Positions 42,041 to 64,000 of a stretch of DNA of 64,000 nt are shown piece after piece. The position numbers were made by a program, and so were the translations under genes. Position 1 is the stretch's first letter. Each line of letters starts with the position of its first letter. Where the stretch lies: the NCBI RefSeq assembly GCF_011386835.1, contig NC_088800.1, positions 84,072,001 to 84,136,000 of the forward strand. Reading direction: 5' to 3'. The notes under the pieces were generated by a model that saw only the letters and a list, made by a program, of their open reading frames with translations, was not told where the DNA came from and ran no database searches. The stretch comes from Chrysemys picta bellii (Eukaryota).

Positions 42041-44230
42041 CCAGCAGCAGCTGCCTGCTTCTGGGGCTGCGGGCGCTGCAAGGCCAGCTGCTGCTCGGGG
42101 GGAGGACAGCAATTCCCCCCCCACACACACACATGGCTTTGCAGCCTATGCTGTCATGGTAGGGTCAAGGGGAAAAGCCATTTGACCTCAGACTGGTGGC
42201 TGATTCTTCCAGGCCTCACATGTCAGGACAGCTGTGTCACCTCGCCCCGTCATTCCCTCCCATCAGTACCCATCTGTAAAAGGCATACATGTTAAATCCT
42301 CCACCGTGTACCTGATCCCCTTCGCCCAATCCCTTCCAGCTACACTGGGATGGCCTGGCCGTGGGCAGCAAAACAATTTTGAGGGGAGGAGAGGGAAGGT
42401 CTTAAAATACTTCCAGTCCTCTGTGTGCCATGGAGAGGAAAAGAAACCTCCGCCTTCTCCCCTCAGCGTCAGCTTCTCCCACCCACCAACCACTTATCAA
42501 CATAACCAGTTTGAAGCAGCAACCGGGCTGCTGGCACCTTGCCGAAGCACATGCAAAGGTTTTATATTTCTTTGCACCTAGAAAGAGCTTTCAACCCCAG
42601 GGTCGCAACATGTTATACAGCCCCATTTTACAGTTGGGGAAACTGAGGCCGAATCTGAGTGCATTGACTGGCTTTTTATTTCACATTTGTACAGCACCTA
42701 GCGCAATAGGGTCCTAATCCCTGCTTGGAGCCCTCAAGCATTACAGTACTACAAATAAATAATAATTAATGGCCTGTCCATGTCAAACAAAAAGGCTGGG
42801 CCTAGAACTCAGATCTCCTGAGGCCAGGGTGGGATTAAGGTATAAAATAACTAAGCTACAGTTAAGGGCCTTGCAATATGAGGGGCCTCTAAACAAGAAA
42901 AAACTGACTCCATTTCAAATGTTATCAAAATCAGTTGATAAGGAGATATGGGAAAAAGAAGATTCGCTCTAAAGACAGACATTTTTGTTCAAATATGACA
43001 CAAATATACACATCATTATTGACAGTCGAGAGGCCAGGTCTGAGAAAACAAACAAACAATAAAAGCACTTGTAAAATTAGTATTTCTATGAGTAAGTCTG
43101 CTATCAGTTTCCCGAGGCAGCACTTTGTTGGCCAGTTGCTACTGGTAAAATTCTGACTGTGCCCTCATAATTTATGAAAATAAATAAATAATCTCACCGC
43201 TGATAAAATCGGGAAAAAATGTGAGGTTGGAGATGGCGGTGTCGTGAAGCCATCCTGTCAAGCTCATACTCATGTTAGTGTGTTCTTTCTTCTTTTGATC
43301 TGTACATCCAGACAACTGTGTATTTTAGTGTGCATGCTTCATGCGCTATCTGTGCGTCACATGATTGAGTTTGCAGTTGATCGTCTTATGGACTTGGGTC
43401 GAGTGGATCTTGAGAAGGATACATTTGTGTTGGCTTCCCTCCGTCAGTTTTGGGAACCTTCACAGTAAATATCAGAGAATGCTGCCCAAAGGATACATAG
43501 AGGATTTTGAGAGAAGCGAAGGAAGATATACATATATATCAAAATATTCTGAGTACTTGGTGAGCAAGTTATTTCAAACTATCTGCATATATGATTTATA
43601 GGTTATTAAAGCCTATAATATTCATTATATTTGCCTGAATATAGGCTAGTTTTTCTCACTTTCTCAATGCCCGTCTGGAGATTACCAGTCTTTTTTCTGG
43701 TAAATTCTTTCTTTCTCTTTTGCACATATAGCTTGTTGTCCCTTTGTGTGTCCGAGGTGTTTACTCGAGATTGATTGGTGGTCCTTGGGGAGACAGAGGA
43801 TAGAGAAGTGAACGTGAAGAGAGATGTCTACCTAGAAAAAAGACTGGGATTTTCTGCTTGGCGGGTTTGGAGCATGCAAGAGAGTATTTTATTATAGGTA
43901 GTATGCTATGTAAAAATTCTTATATAGACTTATAAAACACACATCATATGTATAATACATTGTATTTTTATAGTATGGCAAAAGAAAAATCCCAACAATT
44001 CATTGGTTCATAGCAAAAATTAAATCAGAATGAACGTTTGTAAATATATTTTATATATAGTCTGGATGAACGTATTTCCCTAAAAAAATTAATCAAATAT
44101 TTTTTAATTTATTCATATGAAAAGAAGGATAATTTTCCTTATTCATGGTGTAAACAAAATTATATATCCTCTCTTGTTTTCCTGTGAGAACATAGACAAA
44201 ATAGCACTAACTTTCACAGAAATATCCTGG

Positions 44231-44304
44231 TTTCAGAGGGGTAGCTGTGTTAGTCTGTATCAGTAACAACAACGAGGAGTCCTTGTGGCACCTTAGAGAC
44301 TAAC
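44231..44304. mobile_element. Short Penelope-like terminal fragment with 11-bp direct repeats
   Basis: TTTCAGAGGGGTAGCTGTGTTAGTCTGTATC..GGCACCTTAGAGACTAAC flanked by AAATATCCTGG at 44220-44230 and 44305-44315. Confidence 0.7.
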
Positions 44305-47300
44305 AAATATCCTGGTAAAGTAACACAGGCTTTTGGCATATAATTTGTGTGGTACAGATATATACATCTCAATATTTACAATATAAAATTATTTTTTTAC
44401 TAGTTTCAATAAAAACTTTCTGCTACTAATTTTAGTACCAATATTAGGTAATTCAGCATAACCGTTCATAAAAACAAAACAAATCAATTTATTGGAAAAA
44501 TACAACCCGCATACAATTTTCTGATGGTTTGCTTATTACCTGGGTGTAATTCATATCAATATAGCTAAGAGCTGAGTTTTAAGCTTGTGGGTTATCCGCA
44601 TCCTATATCTCCTAAGAGTCTCATTGCGTATTCAGACCAGGAATGCCACAATTTAGATGCCCCAACATAGAAGAAAATTTTTCTGAGAACTCTTCTAGTA
44701 AATTGTATTATTTACTGTACTGTTTTTATATTGTATTGTTTACTTATGTATGCAATTAGTTCAAAGAATTTGTCTAAAATTTATTTCTGTCATGATGTCA
44801 ATGTTAGAGAGGGCTGTGGAAAATGAAGATTATTCTATTTTTACAACTTTGCCCTTGTATATATGCAAATATAAAGCTTTTGTGTTTATATATTCAATGT
44901 CCTTTCTATGAAAATAATAAATTATTTTTTTTATGGTATGGGGCCTCTTACACTTGACGTAGTTTAGAGCCTCAGAATATTCTAATCTGGCCCTGCCTGA
45001 GGTCCAGTAAAGCAGTTGTCTTGTAACAATCATTGTACTTTAAAGTGGTTGTTTCTTTTAATTAGATTTTAAAAAATTGCTTCCTTTGCTACTATAATTA
45101 AACTGATAATGAATTTTAAGTTCATACATCTCTGTGTCTTCCTGTTTATTATAGAAGGTGCAGAATTCTTCTTGGACTTGTTGATGGCCTGATTGTGTAT
45201 TAACCTCATTGCTGGGAAATAGCAAATAAAGGATAAGCCATAGTGTGTGAGGGAGGGGGTAGATGCCAGCACTCCCAAATTCTAATCTCATTTATGCTAA
45301 TGATTTACTGTGTGATTGTAGACAAGTCACCAACTGGTCTGGACCCAGTGCAGCCCTCATAAGCAGGTGGAATCTCCTTTGGGTGCAGTGGAGATTGGAC
45401 GCTTCCCCCCCAGGCTGAATTTAAGCCTCTATGCCTCCATTCCCCCGGCCCCCATGACACTGCAGATAACAGCAAACTGCTCCCTGCAGAGGTGTTACGT
45501 AGTTTAATTTGTAAGTGGAGAGCCAGGGCAGACCTGTGGAAAGAACATTTGACTAAGTGCATCTGCTCTATTGCCAACCCCAAGTATTCAAAAATCATGA
45601 GGCAGCCCTCCCAAAACCATGAACTATAGTTTGACTGTGGTCTGTCTTCTGCTTATTGAATCCCCCGCACAGCTGTTTAGCGTTGCTAACTTTCCCAACT
45701 ATATTGAATAAGGTGGTTTGGGTCTTGCTTGCTAGCTGATGGTGCAGAACTTCCAGCTTCTCTCCATCCCCCAAAATTGTAATTAATTGTGTGCTCTCTC
45801 TCCTTCCTCCATGTTAAAGAGAAACAGACTCTTCCTCTAACAGAAATGCCAATACCGAAGGCTCAAAGGGCACAGTGTGTTTCAGGACTGTCTTTTGATT
45901 TCTATTTTAAAGGAACAACCCTTAGTAATAAGTAAAATATTTAAACTTTCATTCTTTCCCTTTAGATTACTGCCCCCATTGATGCTCTGTTTACTCTTCT
46001 CTCCACTTTGCAGTAATAATGCTCAAACTGTTTTTCTTTTTTAATTGAAAATGTACAGGTTTTGGAGACTGTTGGGAAATCTTTGTTTCAGAAACTGCAG
46101 TATTTAGACATTTATATCACTTTTTAGAGTGTGTAAAAAAAAGTCACCCACCCCTAAATTTAAGTCATGTCTCTTTAAAATACTTTCATCATGTGACTGC
46201 GCTGGATGGCAAGCAAAACATTAACTCGCATTCAAGAGGAGACAAAGTCCACCAGGCCCACATTACTTATCAGGCCATAAACAGAAGAGGAGGAACTAGA
46301 TTCAGCAGAGGCATGAAATGACTCAGCATTACTGTTTCAGCTGTGAAGCATTTATTGAAAAACATACATTTAGTTGGTAACTGTGCAATCAGAAGAGACA
46401 CGGGAGGAGAATGTAATTAGGAGCCCAGTTCATTAAGATATGGGTGTCAGAATTTTTCAAGTGTGTATTCTACCACTTTGTGCTCATATCCTGTTCTCGC
46501 TGGCAAGATGAAAACACCGCACGGTCAACTCTTACAGAAACTGTCCCTGCAAGCTTCCCTCCCCCCAGGCCCTGCTCCTAAGGTACATGCATCTGTGGGC
46601 ATCAAACGTGAGCCTAAAGACACAGAACTTGCACCATAACAGTGACAGGTGTTAGAAGGGAAAGTATTAATAGCAACATGCATGTTTGCTGCATTTGAGC
46701 AGTAACCGCTGCAGAGCTTAAAATAGATACTACAGTAGCCACACATTGGATAGTATTCCCCCTCCCAGTTATCACATATCAAAATGTGGGCACTGGTACA
46801 TGGCTTATGGCTCTTAAAAAATAGGGAAGGGGAAGAGAGTGAAAGAGGTTTATAGTAATATCCCTGGATGAAAGCTAGAGTCTCTGAGCCCTTTACAAAC
46901 CTAGATACACATTAGCCCTAGCCCCCTGGAAGGCAGGAAGTCCATGCAGTGTTTAACCATGCAGAAATTGAGGGACAGAGAAGGTCAGGGGCCTGTCCAA
47001 GGCCAGAAACAGACTCCAGAAAGGGGAGACAGGACTCCTCTGCCCTAGCCACTTGGGGTGGGAGGGAAGCTACTTTTTAAAACGATCCTCCTTAAAGTGC
47101 AGTTCTCCGAAGACTCCAGTGATGCCAGTTCTGGCTCAGAGATGCAGATGTGGAAGTTGCTCCGAGGAGGACAGAATGAGCAGCTTGTATTAATAGGCTG
47201 CTTTTGGCCACGTATTTAGAAGAAGCCTTTTTCATAAGGGGGCCGAAATGAACACGGATGGCAAGGGGGCACTGACACCATGGCTAGGCCCCCCAACCAG

Positions 47301-49051
47301 CTCACTTGAAGCCTATCTTCCAACATGGACACTGAAAACTCTGGGTAGCAGTTCTTTGACATGGCAAAATACTGCGTATTCTCTCCCCACCCCAGCAGTT
47401 ACTGGGAACCATCCTTTGCTCTGAAAGAGACCAAGTGGTCCTTTTTGTCCGGAGAATCAAACCACGAGCAGCATGAAAACAAACCGAGAGAAGGGGTGGG
47501 AAAAAATCAGGCGTAATTCACCCCCTCTGTGCCATGCAAGGTCTCTACCAGGGAGGCAGGGTTTCCATGCTATCGAGCTGCTCACCAGGTTCACCAGGAT
47601 TAACAGCGTGTTGAAATGAGCACAGCGGTCTGGGGAGGAAGTTCCCATCATGTCTGTTTCAGGCTGGCTGCCCACTCCCGATCATCGAGATGTGCCTGCC
47701 GTTCACACCAGGGAGGGCTCTGAGCCACAAGGGCAAGGAAAGGAAAGTTTAAGGAACAAGCGTTGTGTTGGAAGACACCCTGGATCTGCCTAGAAACCAG
47801 GCTTCAGTGCAGCTGAGCGACCAGGGCAAGCTTTGATTTCTTTACATTTAACAGGACTCTCTAAAAGAAGTTTCTGCTGGAAGACTAGGAGGCTGCAGGA
47901 GCTAAGGGATTAAACCAGGCAACTCTAGTTTCTGCTCCTATTGAAGCAGGCCCTGAAGGGTAGCCACTGTTCCAAAACAGCTGGTACCTTGATGATCTTG
48001 GGCACCACAGTAACCAGAACTCTCAAATCTTTTGGCCGGAAGGGTCAGCTGGGCTAATCCTGTTAGGTGAAAGTAGCATTTACAGCATAAAGAAGCTATC
48101 CTGATGGCACAATGGTAGGAAAGGTTATCTATGGTCTAACGTAATATCTACTCAAACTTGTAGGCCATGCATTTACTCACTAGACCAAGTTAGTTCTCTT
48201 TAGGATCATACTGGTCTATCGGCCGAGTCCCTACCTCAGGCGTGGTGTTGTTACAGGCACTATGCACAGTATACTTTGGAGGGGAGTCAGTGGGTACATG
48301 CAAGCTGCTTTTTAAGCCATTAATACTCAGCTGTTCATACTTGAAGGGGCAGTCTGAAAAACATGCTGTCTAGAAATTATTCATCTCTAAGATGCAGAAG
48401 GAAAGGGGTGGGTAGAAGCGGGGGAGGGGGGAAAAACTAGTCTCTAATGCAAGCTTGGACAGTCTTATTTCTACAGCCAGCTGTATCCGGATACCAAGCA
48501 AGTTGGGCAGCATGTTTAATGAATTAGACCCTTAATTGTGGGTGGCAAAGTGAGCACTGCACGAGGACGAATGAATGTAGCAGATCTTAAAGTGACAGAA
48601 TCAGAAAGGTTAATTTCGTACGTTGCAAAAGGATTCTTCTTTAGACAGGCATTTGGTTACGTGCATTCCAGAGTTTTGCTTTAATGGTAGAAGTCTCCTG
48701 GCCCAATCCTGCAGTCAGATCTCCTATAAAGCTAACAGTCTTCCCCTGGTAAGGACTGAGCCCTCAAATGTGCCTTCCCCTCCCACCACCACATACTGAA
48801 CATTTGTAAGGATTCATGCAAAACCTCACTGAATCTGACAGTTTGAAAGCCAGGAATAAATATTCTTTAACATCTTATAAATATGCCGTAGAACATCTCA
48901 ACAAGAGCAAAGTGCTTTTTTCCCCGCCCCCCCCTTAAGACAGTTAAAAAAAACCCCTAACTGTGAATGTGTCTCCACCACAACAGAACAATGAAACTTC
49001 TAGTTCCTAAAACATGATAAAACTGACAGGTAAGTGTTTCAGGCAAAGTCC

Positions 49052-62265
<13,214 letters not shown>

Positions 62266-62712
62266 GGTCCAGGGCGGCGGGGCTGCCCGGCGGCGGGGTT
62301 ACATAAGCGCCAGCCCCGGCCGCCCCAGCCCCTTTCCCTTTCCTCCCTGACCCGCCGCCAGCCAATCGCGCCGCCGCGCGCAGGACCGGCCCTCCCCGGC
62401 GGGGCGTGCGAGCCTGGCCGGGCTGGGCTGCAGGGAGGCACCGCTCCGGATGGGTGGAAGTCCCCGCGGGGCTCCTCTCTCCCGCGCCGCCCCAGGCGCC
62501 CTGGTGGCCCCGGCCCCCCGCACGCTCAGAAACGCGGCTGGCTCCTTGGGCACGTCCCTCGGTCCCGTTCCCACGGTCCTTGCACGCCCGCGGGTTGCAC
62601 GGCTGCCCCATTGGCGGGGGGACCCAGCCGTGCACCGACCCAGCAGCCGCCGCTACCTAAGGAGGGGTGGGGGGGAGAGGCTTTGCCTGCTTAACTCACT
62701 TCTCTTGTGATT

Positions 62713-62732
62713 GTGTGTGTGTGTGTGTGTGT
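62713..62732. repeat. (GT)10 microsatellite
   Basis: Direct reading. Confidence 0.95.
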
Positions 62733-62890
62733 CTTGTCTCCAATTTGTTCACCTTGCTGCTGATTGCATGAGGGACGAGGGGCCCTGTGCAACTTGCCCT
62801 GGTGCATTTTATTCCTTCAGACGGTTGGGGTAAGCCATAAAGTCCCCATTGCACAGCATTGGAGATGAAGGTAATAATGCGCTGATAAGC

Positions 62891-62911
62891 GGGGGGGGGG
62901 GGGGGGGGGGG
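62891..62911. repeat. G21 homopolymer upstream of the FAHD1 ORF
   Basis: Direct reading. Confidence 0.9.
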
Positions 62912-63115
62912 CTGGCAATGCATTACATTCGCTGATTGCAAGGGGGAAAAGCGGGGGTGGAGCCCTGTAGTCCTATACAACTCTATGGTTTTCAGCTGAG
63001 AGCAAGTGGATTGGTGCAGAAAGAAATGTCTCCTCTGGCCAGCCGTAGCTGTCAGATGAGTGTTCTGCCCTGGTCACAGTTCATCAGCTGACACACAGGG
63101 AAGTTTGCAGGGCTC

Positions 63116-63787
63116 ATGGCTTCGTCCAAGTCTTTGGCCAAGTTCTGGGAATGGGGCAGAAACATCATCTGCGTAGGGAGGAATTATGCAGAGCATGCCC
63201 AGGAGCTGAAAAATGCTGTCCCCAGCGAGCCCCTTTTTTTCCTGAAGCCTTCCTCAGCCTATGTCCGGGAAGGAGACCCCATTATCAAGCCTTACTACTG
63301 CAACAATCTGCACCATGAGGTGGAGCTGGGAGTGGTGATTGGGAAGAAAGCCCATGCTGTCTCCCAGAAGTCTGCTATGGACTACGTGGCAGGTTATGCC
63401 CTGTGCTTGGACATGACAGCCAGGGACACCCAAGCTGAGTGCAAGAAAAAGGGCCTTCCTTGGACCTTAGCCAAAGGCTTCAATACGTCGTGTCCGGTGA
63501 GTGATTTTGTGCCCAAGGAAAAGATTCCAGACCCACACAAGCTGCAGATCTGGCTCAAGGTAAATGGTGAGCTGAGGCAAGAAGGGGAAACCTCTTCTAT
63601 GATTTTCTCTATCCCCTACATCATCAGCTATATCAGTGAAATCATCACCCTGGAAGAAGGGGATCTGATTTTGACAGGTAGCCCCAAAGGTGTTTCTGCT
63701 GTCCAGGAGCACGATGAGATACAAGCTGGAATACACGGCATCCTCAGTATGCAGTTTAAGGTGGCACAGCAATCGCGCCAATCTTGA
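63116..63787 (+). CDS. FAHD1: Fumarylacetoacetate hydrolase domain-containing protein 1 (oxaloacetate decarboxylase/tautomerase, acylpyruvase), 223 aa, uninterrupted ORF
   Basis: FWEWGRNIICVGRNYAEH, FLKP, HHEVELG, LDMTARD, PWTLAK, GDLILTG motifs; head-to-head with HAGH as in human. Confidence 0.97.
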   Translation: MASSKSLAKFWEWGRNIICVGRNYAEHAQELKNAVPSEPLFFLKPSSAYVREGDPIIKPYYCNNLHHEVELGVVIGKKAHAVSQKSAMDYVAGYALCLDMTARDTQAECKKKGLPWTLAKGFNTSCPVSDFVPKEKIPDPHKLQIWLKVNGELRQEGETSSMIFSIPYIISYISEIITLEEGDLILTGSPKGVSAVQEHDEIQAGIHGILSMQFKVAQQSRQS

Positions 63788-64000
63788 TGGGGGAATCTGT
63801 CGTTTCGTTTTGGGGAGCACTCTACAGCTGCCTTTTAAAACAGCCAAAGAATGAAGAAATATCTAGATGTCTGTTCCCCATCAGCCTAAAAGAATGTATC
63901 GCCCAATCCTCTTGGAAACAATGAAGAACCAAATGTACTGAGCTAAATTAGGTTCTGTGAGCCTTCTTATAAAGGCCCCAGATAAGGACTACCACTGTTG

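Noticed and set aside
41523-42295. ORFs of 100-212 aa across the HAGHL CpG island
   Set aside because: Stop-poor GC-rich sequence; Pro/Gly/Ala/Arg low complexity
42040-46300. CCDC78, which is head-to-head with HAGHL in human
   Set aside because: No exon-like segment with recognisable similarity could be found by eye
62891-62911. G21 run as a functional element
   Set aside because: Homopolymer length is unreliable in assemblies and no function can be supported from sequence alone

Overview
Vertebrate genomic DNA, very probably a turtle (tortoise-type tRNA-derived SINEs sharing the CR1 3' tail, plus turtle-type CR1, hAT and Penelope repeats). The region corresponds to human 16p13.3. Five protein-coding genes were rebuilt exon by exon from splice sites, reading-frame phase and protein homology: the 3' seven exons of a mesothelin-family GPI-anchored gene (+); complete CIAO3/NARFL (+, 11 exons, 476 aa, one GC-AG intron); complete HAGHL (-, 8 coding exons, 282 aa); complete HAGH/glyoxalase II (-, 9 exons, 311 aa mitochondrial and 260 aa cytosolic forms); and the uninterrupted FAHD1 ORF (+, 223 aa), head-to-head with HAGH. 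Most other six-frame ORFs are spurious or transposon fragments. Most interesting: (i) a decayed twister-ribozyme-like motif in the 5' UTR of an SR3/Perere-3-like RTE retrotransposon; (ii) a Penelope-type minimal hammerhead ribozyme on the sense strand of a CIAO3 intron; (iii) FAHD1 naturally carries Ser at the human Thr192 position; (iv) HAGHL keeps a complete glyoxalase II active site and sits in tandem with HAGH with identical exon sizes; (v) a three-layer nested Penelope/hAT insertion with both target-site duplications (TSDs) visible. Comparisons with human and other proteins and RNAs are from memory and need alignment to confirm. No CRISPR, rRNA or true tRNA gene was seen.
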